Source: Syntrophaceae bacterium UBA5744
GTDB taxonomy: Bacteria; Desulfobacterota; Syntrophia; Syntrophales; UBA2192
NCBI GenBank assembly: GCA_002419215.1
Contig: DIFQ01000127.1
Span: 5,332-37,331, forward strand
Direction of reading: 5' to 3'
DNA length: 32,000 bases
The first letter of the stretch is position 1. Each line of letters opens with the position of its first letter. Under the pieces are notes generated by a model. That model ran no database searches, had not been told where the DNA came from, and was given only the letters and a program-made list of their open reading frames with translations. This document shows, in pieces, positions 1-7,557 of the stretch. Made by a program: the position numbers and the translations under genes.

Positions 1-697
1 GCGTCTCCCCCAGGTAGCGGGAGACGTAGGGCACGGACTCCTTGCCCGGTGTCAACCCCTCGAACTCGCCGGCGTGGGACGCATGCACAACGGGCACGCC
101 GAGCATCCGCGCAAGATGCGCCGGCGCGTTTCTGAGCAGGCCTGCCAACCGCGCCTGATCCCCGGCATATTCGGGCGACACCGGGAGGCGCAGATCCCAC
201 CAGCAGGAGCCGCCGACGACCAGGTCCACTCTGCCCGACAATCTGCGCGCTGTCCGGGAGCGAATGAGCTCCCAGCACATGGCGACGCCGACCGAACCGG
301 CGGGTGTGCCGAGGATCCCGTCATCGGAGCCGCCGATGTAGTAGCTGTTCTCCCACATGGTGGGTAAATCCTTGTCGTGACGGAAGTACCGGCCATCCGG
401 GAATACCAGCAGGAAGCTGTTGAAGCAGTCCTCCCCGGACTGTGCGATGAATGAACCCCCTACGACGCCGTCGTGTTCGCGCGCAAGTCTGCGCATAAGC
501 TGGAGAGCAGGACCTTCCAGCGGTTGCCACGCCGAAAGCATCGCCGGTGTGAACGCGACTGCGGAGGGGAAGAACTCGGGAAGGATGACCCATCGGGCGC
601 CTTGCCGGAAGGCTTCTCTGGCCAGCGCCTCGGCCGATGAGAGGTTCCGTGCAACGGCGCCGACCCGGGCCCTCATCTGTACTGCAGCGACTCGCAC
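1..697 (-). CDS. Carbon-nitrogen hydrolase (nitrilase superfamily) protein; C-terminal part lies beyond the left window edge
   Basis: Absent from the ORF track because it runs off the edge. Manual minus-strand translation from GTG at 697 gives MRVAAVQMRARVGAVARNLSSAEALAREAFRQGARWVILPEFF...YFRHDKDLP...VGVAMCWELIRS. This matches the Glu (PEFF) / Lys (HDK) / Cys (MCWE) layout of CN hydrolases. GGAGG lies 7 nt upstream of the GTG. Confidence 0.75.
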   Translation of the reverse strand, partial: MRVAAVQMRARVGAVARNLSSAEALAREAFRQGARWVILPEFFPSAVAFTPAMLSAWQPLEGPALQLMRRLAREHDGVVGGSFIAQSGEDCFNSFLLVFPDGRYFRHDKDLPTMWENSYYIGGSDDGILGTPAGSVGVAMCWELIRSRTARRLSGRVDLVVGGSCWWDLRLPVSPEYAGDQARLAGLLRNAPAHLARMLGVPVVHASHAGEFEGLTPGKESVPYVSRYLGET

Positions 698-990
698 GCC
701 ATGTCCTCCTTTTTGGTCTCATGCCTGGGTGTAAATCGTCGTCATCCTGGCGTCTTTGCGCCCCGGAGGCTTCCGGACCCTTCGTGTCTCAGCCGCCGCA
801 GTGCGATAGAACTATACACGGGTTTGCGGGTTGTTGTAAAAGATATTTCAGAAAATGCTCGATCGGCAAACGGCGCACGCACCGGCGGGACGGATGAATT
901 GCGGTTGAGATCGGCCGGAAATCGTCCTATGATAGCGGGCCCTCCCGGAGCGTGCAGTCAGCCGCGGGGCATCGTCACTTACGGGATTTC

Positions 991-2286
991 ATGAATCAGT
1001 CTTCCATAACGCCCGAGCCGTTCTCCGATCGCCGCCGCTGGGTCCTTTTCGCCGCGATTTCGGTTCTCTTCGGGCTTTCGATGTTTTACCGGTCCTCCAT
1101 CGCCGTGCTGACGACGGAGCTGATGCGGGACGTCCCCATGGACATGGGGGCCCTGGGCCTCATGTCGGCGGCCTTCTTCTACACGTACGGCCTGTTTCAG
1201 ATCCCCGGGGGCCTCCTGCTGGATCGTTTCAGCCCGGCAAAGGTCATGGCGGCCTTCTATCTCTCGGCCCTCGCCGGTGTGATCCTCTTTTCGATTGCCG
1301 ACTCGCCGGGCGTCATGGCACTCGGCCGTCTGCTCATGGGGGCCGGCATGGCCTGCGGGTTCATCGGCGCCCTGAAGATCATCTCCCTGCAGTTCCCGCC
1401 GGACCGATTCGCAACCCTTTCCGGTATTGTCGTGTCCGTGGGCAACATGGGCATCGTCGCGGCCACGACACCGCTTGTGCTCTGGGCGCAGGCCCTGGGG
1501 TGGCGCACGACCTTCCTGCTCGTGGGGCTCTTCCACCTGGCGGTGACCCTGACCTTTGTTTTTGCGTTCCGGGACGGGCGGGGAGGCCGCCGGGACGTGC
1601 CGGCGGCAACCGGTGCGGACTGGGGGAAGCAGCTGCAGGGACTTCGCCTCGCCCTGCGGGACCGACAGGTCTGGCTCATCTCCGGGTCCGCCTTCATCCG
1701 CTACGGGATCCTCGCTGCCGTCCAGGGCCTCTGGGCGGGGCCTTACCTCATGGACGTGATGGGCTTCTCCCCCATGGCGACGGGCAACCTGCTCTTTCTT
1801 CTTACTCTCGGCGTCGTCATCGGGAATCCCGTCAGCGGTTTCCTGTCGGATCGAATCTTCAGGAAAAGAAAGGGGATCATGGTCGTTGCCCTGGCGGGGC
1901 TTTCCCTTACGCTGACAGCCCTGGCCCTGGTTCCCGTCGGTGCGCCGCTCTGGCTTGTGGCGGTCCTTTTTTCGGCCTTCGGAATTCTGGCCGGCACCGG
2001 GAGCATCCCCTACGCCCATCTCAAGGAACTCTCGCCGCCGGAGCGCTCGGCGACTACCTTGACGGTACTCAATTTTTTCGCTATTGTCGGCGCCGGTGTC
2101 TTCATGCAGGGGCTGGGATTTCTCATGGAGGCCCTCTACCCCGAATCGATGCTGAGTCATCAAGCCTTCGTCACGATGTTTCTCGTCTGTGCGTCCGTGA
2201 TGGCGGTGGGCGTCGTTCTCTATGCCTTCACACGGGAAAGCGCTATCGGGGCGGGAGACAGGGGTGGAAAAACAACGACACCATGA
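991..2286 (+). CDS. MFS (major facilitator superfamily) transporter
   Basis: ORF 952..2286 is very hydrophobic with about 12 predicted TM segments, a central charged loop (FRDGRGGRRDVPAATG) and an MFS-like loop motif (GGLLLDRFSPAK). ATG at 991 (MNQSSITPEP) is preferred over GTG at 952, whose SD-like GGAG is only 1 nt away. Confidence 0.8.
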   Translation: MNQSSITPEPFSDRRRWVLFAAISVLFGLSMFYRSSIAVLTTELMRDVPMDMGALGLMSAAFFYTYGLFQIPGGLLLDRFSPAKVMAAFYLSALAGVILFSIADSPGVMALGRLLMGAGMACGFIGALKIISLQFPPDRFATLSGIVVSVGNMGIVAATTPLVLWAQALGWRTTFLLVGLFHLAVTLTFVFAFRDGRGGRRDVPAATGADWGKQLQGLRLALRDRQVWLISGSAFIRYGILAAVQGLWAGPYLMDVMGFSPMATGNLLFLLTLGVVIGNPVSGFLSDRIFRKRKGIMVVALAGLSLTLTALALVPVGAPLWLVAVLFSAFGILAGTGSIPYAHLKELSPPERSATTLTVLNFFAIVGAGVFMQGLGFLMEALYPESMLSHQAFVTMFLVCASVMAVGVVLYAFTRESAIGAGDRGGKTTTP

Positions 2287-2298
2287 AGGGGCGGAAAA

Positions 2299-3138
2299 AT
2301 GATCGCTTATTTCAACGGCAGTTTCCTGCGCAAGGAAGAAATATCCATCTCTCCCGATGACCGGGGCTTCCTGTTCTCCGACGGGGTGTACGAAGTCGTC
2401 CGCGCTTACGGCGGCAAACCCTTCAAGATGGCCGAGCACATGGACCGGCTGGCCCGCAGCCTGCGCGAGACGCGCATCGATTTCCCGGGGGTCGCGGAAC
2501 TGGCAGTGGCCGGTGCGAAACTGATCGCCCGCAACGGGCTGGAGACGGCGGACAGCATTCTCTATTTCCAGATCACCCGCGGTGTGGCCCCGCGCAAGCA
2601 TGCCTTTCCCGATCCGCCTGTCCCTGCAACGGTCATGGTGCTCATTTCCCCGGCCCCGTCGTCCGTGGAGATGCGCGAGAAGGGCGTGGCCGCCATCCTC
2701 GTCCCTGAATTCCGATGGTCCCGCTGCGACATCAAGGCAATCGGGCTGCTGGGCAGTGTCCTGGCCGTTCAGCAGGCAAAAGAGAAGGGGGCCGAGGAGG
2801 CCCTGTTCGTCCGGGACGGCGTGGTCACCGAGGGAACGCACACCAACGTGCTGGCCGTATTCGGCGGCAACATCCTGACGCACCCGCTCGGCAACTTCAT
2901 TCTTCCCGGGGTTACCCGGGGTGTCGTGCTGGATATCTGCCGAAAGACTGGAATTGCCTACAAAGAGCAGGCCTTCCGGGGGGAGGAGCTGAACCGGGCA
3001 AGCGAGATCATGATCACGGGCACAAACAAGGAGATCACGCCCATCGTCCGCCTGGACGGTCGGCCCGTCGGCACAGGCGCCCCCGGCCCCGTGACGCGGC
3101 GCCTCCAGGCCGCCTATTCGGAACTGGTGCGGGGTTGA
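2299..3138 (+). CDS. Class IV (fold type IV) aminotransferase, D-amino-acid / branched-chain aminotransferase-like
   Basis: 279 aa. N-terminus MIAYFNGSFLRKEEISISPDDRGFLFSDGVYEVVRAYGG and later ...KAIGLLGSVLAVQQAKEKGAEEALF...EGTHTNV are typical of Dat/IlvE-family PLP enzymes. Confidence 0.8.
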   Translation: MIAYFNGSFLRKEEISISPDDRGFLFSDGVYEVVRAYGGKPFKMAEHMDRLARSLRETRIDFPGVAELAVAGAKLIARNGLETADSILYFQITRGVAPRKHAFPDPPVPATVMVLISPAPSSVEMREKGVAAILVPEFRWSRCDIKAIGLLGSVLAVQQAKEKGAEEALFVRDGVVTEGTHTNVLAVFGGNILTHPLGNFILPGVTRGVVLDICRKTGIAYKEQAFRGEELNRASEIMITGTNKEITPIVRLDGRPVGTGAPGPVTRRLQAAYSELVRG

Positions 3139-3181
3139 ACCCGGGGACTCGGGTATTGGGTCTCGGGTCTCGGAAAACAAA

Positions 3182-3214
3182 AAAGGATCGTGGAATTAAG
3201 TTCCGCGATCCTTT
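3182..3214. terminator. Bidirectional rho-independent terminator between convergent genes
   Basis: 12-bp stem aaaggatcgtgg / ccgcgatccttt (one G-U pair) with a 9-nt loop. It is flanked by an A-run upstream and a T-rich tail downstream, so it can act on both strands. Confidence 0.6.
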
Positions 3215-3254
3215 TCGTTTCTGAAGCCTGGCCCCTGAACCCTTGACCCTGTCT

Positions 3255-3755
3255 TCACCGTTTTGTCGCGATGACCTGCTCGAACCAGCGGAAGGTCTCC
3301 TCGTCGGCGATGCCGAGCTTTCGCGCCGAATCCGACGTGAAGGTGGCCCAGAGCCCCGTAGCCCGCGTGCAGATCTCCCCCTCGTCGTTGGTGATGAGGC
3401 CCTCGGCCGAGGCTTCCCGCTCGCTGCGGACCTCCAGGATCCTTCCCTCCACCTTGAACTCCCGGCCGAGCGGCACGGGCTTCCGGTATTCGATCGTGAT
3501 CGACTTGGTGAGAACGAAGCGCTGCAGCAGGTAGATCATGGAGCGGCCCATGATCTCATCGAGCGCCGTGAAGAGGATGCCGCCGTGGGCCAGATTGCTC
3601 CACCCGCAGAGGTGGGGCGGAACGGTAACCCACGAGGCGACCGTCTCGCCGTTGGTGTAGAACTGCATCTGCAGACCCACGGGGTTGGCGGGCCCGCAGC
3701 CGAAGCACTTGTGATCTTGGCGGTTGGGAAGCAGGGTGTAGCCGCTCTTGTCCAT
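3255..3755 (-). CDS. PaaI-family hotdog-fold thioesterase
   Basis: 166 aa. N-terminal CFGCGPANPVGL motif followed by the hotdog core (HGGILFTALDEIMG), typical of PaaI/YbgC-like acyl-CoA thioesterases. Confidence 0.7.
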   Translation of the reverse strand: MDKSGYTLLPNRQDHKCFGCGPANPVGLQMQFYTNGETVASWVTVPPHLCGWSNLAHGGILFTALDEIMGRSMIYLLQRFVLTKSITIEYRKPVPLGREFKVEGRILEVRSEREASAEGLITNDEGEICTRATGLWATFTSDSARKLGIADEETFRWFEQVIATKR

Positions 3756-3784
3756 GGGTTGCTGGTCCTTTCTCCACAGGAAAG

Positions 3785-3938
3785 GTCATTGCGAGCCGAG
3801 CCCCAGAAACCCTCTACCGTTTTGGCTCCCTCTCCCTTGAGGGGAGAGGGTCGGGGTGAGGGTGGATTTCCCGAGGCGTGGCAATCCACGGATTCACATC
3901 CGAAGATGCAGAGATGGCTTCACTTCACTCACAATGAC
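3785..3938. repeat. Intergenic MITE/REP-like element with terminal inverted repeats and an internal hairpin
   Basis: gtcattgcgag (3785-3795) is the near-perfect reverse complement of ctcacaatgac (3928-3938). An internal hairpin ccctctccc-ttga-ggggagaggg lies at 3828-3850, and a second stem gtggat/atccac at 3862-3889. Only one copy is visible, so repetitiveness cannot be shown from this window. Confidence 0.3.
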
Positions 3939-4095
3939 GATTGTGCAGACTGGCTGCGATTCTTCTCGTGAGACTTGCCGTAATTTATAAACCTGCAGGC
4001 CCTGAAGTGCAAGAGATGTCGCTTGGGGGTCATGGGCAGTGGCGAAAAAAGCCCCCTTCCGCCGGGCAGGCGAGGGGGCAGTTGGGTGCGTCAAT

Positions 4096-5589
4096 TTAAA
4101 CTTGCATCTCGCCGGCGAGCCTGGGTGTCGTCGGGGGCACAAGGCGCCTTTTCGTGCCCTGCTCGTAGGCGTAGCCGATCTCGATGAGCAGCCCTTCCGT
4201 CCAGGGCCGCCCGAAGAACTCCACTCCCACCGGCACGCCGATCCTGGCCGTCTCCGTGGGCTTCGTGAACCCCCCGGGCACCACGATGGAGGGGAAGCCC
4301 GTCACGGAGCCGAGGCTGCCGTTGCGCTCCGCCTGGTTCTCGCCCACGGGGACGACGGGCCGTTTCTGGTGCGGGAAGATGAGAGCGTCGAGTTTCTGCT
4401 CGGCCATGAGCGCCATGACGCGGTCCTGGAGCCTGGTGCGCTTCGCCAGGCGTTCATGGTAGATCGCGTCGCGCTTCAGGGTCATGGCCTCCCGGATGTT
4501 CTTCTCGATGCCGGGGTGATACTTGCCCGAGGCGATGATCTCGCCGAGGGATTTCACGGGGGTGTTGGCCTTCGGGTCGCCCAGGTACGAGTCCAGGTCC
4601 GGCCTCAGGTCGTAGAGGTGGACGCTGATCTCGTTTGCGATCTTCCCGGAGTCGATGTCCGGCGTGCTGAGATCGACCATCGTGGCGCCGAGCTTCCTGC
4701 AGTCCTCGATGGCCCTGTTCGTGACGGCATTCACTTCCTCGTGGATGGGCTGTGTGCCGAAGAAGCTCCGGAGGATGCCGATGCGCCTGCCCTTGAGGCC
4801 GTTCTTGTTCAGATGCTTCGCGTAGTCCTTCTCGACGTGGCCGACGCTCCAGGCCGTGGCGGCATCTCCGGGGTCATAGCCGGAAAGGACGTTGAGCATC
4901 TTTGTTGCGTCCGTCACGGTTCTCGCCATGGGGCCCGCGGCGTCCTGCGTGAAGGAGTAGGGGATGATGCCGCCGCGGCTCACGAGGCCGATGGTAGGGC
5001 GGATGCCGACGATGCTGCAGGCCGAGGCGGGGGAGCGGATGGAGTTCACCGTGTCGGTGCCGATCCCGAGGATGCCGTAGTTGGCCGCCAGGCCCGCGCC
5101 GGTGCCTCCGCTCGATCCGCCGGGTGTCCGGGTCAGGTCATAGGGGTTCAGGGTCTGGCCCAGCATGGAGCTCACCGATTCGCCCCACACGGCGAACTCG
5201 TGCAGGTTCACCTTGGCGAGGAGGATGGCGCCCGCCTCTCGCAGCTTCTGCGCGATTGCAGCATCAGAAGGCGGCACATAGCCCTCGAGGCTCTTGGAGC
5301 CGCCCGTCGTGGGCAAGTCCTTCGTGTTCACGTTGTCCTTCAGAAGGACGGGGATGCCGTGGAGCGGGCCCGTGGGGCCGGACTTCCTGAATTTCGCGTC
5401 CAGCGCGGCGGCCTTTTCCAGGGCCCCGGGATTGACGGTGATCACGGCGTTGAGCCCCGGGCCTTTCCGGTCGTAGGCCTCGATGCGCTTGAGGTACATC
5501 CCGACGAGCTTCTTCGCCGTCAGTTCGCCGGACTTGAACGCCTTGTGAACGTCCGCAATCGTAGCTTCTTCGAGTGTAAACTTTGCCAT
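4096..5589 (-). CDS. Amidase-signature (AS) family amidase
   Basis: 497 aa with GGSSGG (TPGGSSGGTGAGLA), the downstream GTDTVNSIRSPAS block and a Lys-containing N-terminal block (PVLLKDNV). This is the canonical Ser-cisSer-Lys amidase signature. Confidence 0.85.
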   Translation of the reverse strand: MAKFTLEEATIADVHKAFKSGELTAKKLVGMYLKRIEAYDRKGPGLNAVITVNPGALEKAAALDAKFRKSGPTGPLHGIPVLLKDNVNTKDLPTTGGSKSLEGYVPPSDAAIAQKLREAGAILLAKVNLHEFAVWGESVSSMLGQTLNPYDLTRTPGGSSGGTGAGLAANYGILGIGTDTVNSIRSPASACSIVGIRPTIGLVSRGGIIPYSFTQDAAGPMARTVTDATKMLNVLSGYDPGDAATAWSVGHVEKDYAKHLNKNGLKGRRIGILRSFFGTQPIHEEVNAVTNRAIEDCRKLGATMVDLSTPDIDSGKIANEISVHLYDLRPDLDSYLGDPKANTPVKSLGEIIASGKYHPGIEKNIREAMTLKRDAIYHERLAKRTRLQDRVMALMAEQKLDALIFPHQKRPVVPVGENQAERNGSLGSVTGFPSIVVPGGFTKPTETARIGVPVGVEFFGRPWTEGLLIEIGYAYEQGTKRRLVPPTTPRLAGEMQV

Positions 5590-5592
5590 GGC

Positions 5593-6054
5593 CTATTTCT
5601 GTTTCGGCAGGATCATCTGGGTGCAGCGGAACAGGGCAATGTCGCGGCCGGTCTTCTCGTCCCACACGCGGGCATCCCAGACCATGGTGCGCCTCCCGAT
5701 GTGGGCGGGAGTTCCCTCGCTGAGGATGGCCCCGTCGCGGGTCGTGCCGAGGAAGTTGGTCTTCAGCTCGATCGTGGTGAAGCCTCCCGCATCTTCGGGC
5801 AGGTTCATGATGGTTGCATAGCCGCAGACCGAGTCGGCCATGGCGACGACGGAGGCCGCGTGCAGGTAATCGTTGGGCGCCAGGTGGTGCTTCTTGATCT
5901 CCATGCGGGCCCGGACGCTCTCCTTCGACACCGAGGTGAGCGTGAAGCCGAGAAGCGACATCAGGTACCCCTCGCTCTTGCGGTTCATGAGGGTGGCCAG
6001 CTGCTCCGGCGGCAGGTCCTTCCAGTTGGTCGGTTTCTCCGTGTAATCGGTCAT
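5593..6054 (-). CDS. PaaI/4HBT-type hotdog thioesterase
   Basis: 153 aa. ...HHLAPNDYLHAASVVAMADSVCGYA...TIELKTNFLGT... matches the phenylacetic-acid-degradation-type thioesterase pattern. Its stop is 4 nt upstream of the amidase start, so the two are probably co-transcribed. Confidence 0.7.
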   Translation of the reverse strand: MTDYTEKPTNWKDLPPEQLATLMNRKSEGYLMSLLGFTLTSVSKESVRARMEIKKHHLAPNDYLHAASVVAMADSVCGYATIMNLPEDAGGFTTIELKTNFLGTTRDGAILSEGTPAHIGRRTMVWDARVWDEKTGRDIALFRCTQMILPKQK

Positions 6055-6196
6055 GGGTTGTAAGGTAGGCGATTGCGGTGCTCAAGTCAAGGCAGCAAAC
6101 GACCGGGACAGCAGCCCGAGCCCTATCTGACCTTTCAGATCACTCTTTGCGCGAGTGGTCGATAAATGTCAATAATCAGGCCTGACCCCAACATCG

Positions 6197-6237
6197 CGAA
6201 AAGAGAAAAGGGGGCCGGCTGCGGCAACCGGCCCCCT
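6197..6237 (-). terminator. Rho-independent terminator downstream of the 6244 gene
   Basis: On the minus strand, GGGGGCCGG-ttgccgcag-CCGGCCCCC is followed by TTTTCTCTTTTCG, immediately after the TAA stop at 6244. Confidence 0.7.
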
Positions 6238-6243
6238 CTCTGA

Positions 6244-7077
6244 TTACTTCAGGTAGCCGGGCAGATCCTTGTCGTCCTTTCCCTTGAAGCTGCAGACGCC
6301 GATCGGGCAGGTCTTGCAGGGGCCCTTGACGCCGGGCAGGGCGGGCTCGCCCTTGATCTTCCCCTCGATGAATTCCATGCACTTCGTCACGCCGTCATCG
6401 GGTCCCTCGACGATGATCGTCACGCAGCCTTCGGCGCCGCCCCAGCCGCCCGAGGCGTAGTGAACCGCGGCCACGTCGAAGAGGGTTTCCAGGGCGTCGA
6501 TCTCCGTGAAGGGCCTCCCGTCGGCCACGCAGGCCATGCCCACCCGGCATCCGATCGCCTTTTCGAGGGCCATGGTTCCCCCATAGCGCGCCGCCTCCTC
6601 CACGGAGGGGATGAGTTTCTCGAGGCCCACGGGATAGATGATCTCCAGGCCGCGAGCCTTCATGCCCATGTAGAAGGCGCCCATGGTGCCGCCCGCCGGG
6701 TTCGCCATCAGGACGCCCACGTTGCCGAAGGCATCGAGGGCATTGCCTCCCTTGAGAAGGACGTCACCGGGGCCGAGCTTGTCTGCCACGGTGTTCGGTT
6801 CGACGGGGAGCACATCCCCCTTGTGGAAGGTTACGGGCTTGGCGCGCTCTCCGGCGTCCAGTACGCAGAGGACGCCCCGGATGGTCTGGCCGGCGAGGTA
6901 GCGCTCCTTGGCGACTTTCTCGCCCAGGATTTCCTCGAGGCAATAGGCCGTCGTGGAGCCGCGGCTCACGAGGAGGTAGCCGTTCTTCTTCGCGTTCTGC
7001 ACCTCGGGGAGGGCTGCGATGCCTTTCCCGATGAGCCGTTTCGATTCCGCCGGTGTAAGGGTGAACAGAGCCTGCAT
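6244..7077 (-). CDS. Conserved hypothetical protein with a Cys-rich C-terminus
   Basis: The frame is open to 7095, but AAGGAG sits 8 nt upstream of the ATG at 7077 (MQALFTLTPAESKRL). Composition is globular and coding-like. The C-terminus is GPCKTCPIGVCSFKG. I do not recognise a family. Confidence 0.55.
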   Translation of the reverse strand: MQALFTLTPAESKRLIGKGIAALPEVQNAKKNGYLLVSRGSTTAYCLEEILGEKVAKERYLAGQTIRGVLCVLDAGERAKPVTFHKGDVLPVEPNTVADKLGPGDVLLKGGNALDAFGNVGVLMANPAGGTMGAFYMGMKARGLEIIYPVGLEKLIPSVEEAARYGGTMALEKAIGCRVGMACVADGRPFTEIDALETLFDVAAVHYASGGWGGAEGCVTIIVEGPDDGVTKCMEFIEGKIKGEPALPGVKGPCKTCPIGVCSFKGKDDKDLPGYLK

Positions 7078-7424
7078 CGCTGAAACTCCTTTCATGCTTT
7101 TTCAGTGAAATCTTGTGTAGATCGGGGACGGGATCCAATGTGACAGGCTTTTTTTCTACCATAATTCGCAGGGCGCGAACAGGTGGAAATTCGGCGTGTC
7201 GCGAAACCTGACGGCTGCCATCTATTTATGGTTGCAAGGCAGACCCCTTTTTTGATATTTTGACGCCCTGCAGTCAAATACCACTCCCGGAAGGAGGGGT
7301 TCCCGAAAGGGTGACGTCCGGGATGGCATCGGGCTGTTGCCTCCTTCCGTCTCGGTATCAAAAAACAAGATATTTCAAACTGTTGACAGGGTAGAGTCTG
7401 CCGCCGTCTTCCGGCGCCCTTTTT

Positions 7425-7457
7425 TTGCTTTTGTGCCATTATGGCACTATGATTGCA
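7425..7457 (+). promoter_or_regulatory. Candidate pgaA promoter: sigma54 -24/-12 element TGGCAC-N5-TTGCA overlapping a sigma70-like TTGCTT-N17-TATGAT
   Basis: tggcactatgattgca at 7442-7457 matches the TGGCAC-N5-TTGC(A/T) sigma54 consensus with exact GG-to-GC spacing. TTGCTT (7425-7430) and TATGAT (7448-7453) with a 17-nt spacer overlap it. The site is about 100 nt upstream of the pgaA ATG. Confidence 0.5.
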
Positions 7458-7557
7458 AGTGTCACAGTGAAATGCCATTGCTCGAGATCGAGCCTGGATT
7501 GCGCGTGAGACACAGAGCCCTTAACCGAATCAAAGAGCCCCCGAAATTAGGGAAACC

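Noticed and set aside
52-734. Short ORFs in the first 900 bp (52..396, 74..367, 321..722, 420..734, 637..897, 701..994).
   Set aside because: They are alternative frames over the CN-hydrolase gene or its divergent promoter region. The real frame is the edge-truncated one (1..697, minus), which the ORF track does not list.
979-3180. 733-aa minus-strand ORF spanning the MFS and aminotransferase genes. The same type includes 4039..6063 (+), 7462..9843 (-), 9866..11905 (-), 11906..13249 (-), 13969..15069 (-), 17858..19303 (+), 18315..19667 (-) and 19690..20646 (+).
   Set aside because: These are antisense shadow ORFs typical of GC-rich DNA. Their translations are Arg/Gly/Pro/Asp/His-rich low-complexity strings with no motifs. 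In each case the opposite strand or another frame encodes a protein with clear family signatures (MFS, amidase, PgaA/B/C, SGNH, AEC, HDOD).
7460-7557. c-di-GMP riboswitch or CsrA-titrating leader in the pgaA 5' UTR.
   Set aside because: I could not find the GEMM-I/II conserved cores. Only two or three GGA motifs are present, which is not distinguishable from chance. It is left as unexplained leader sequence.
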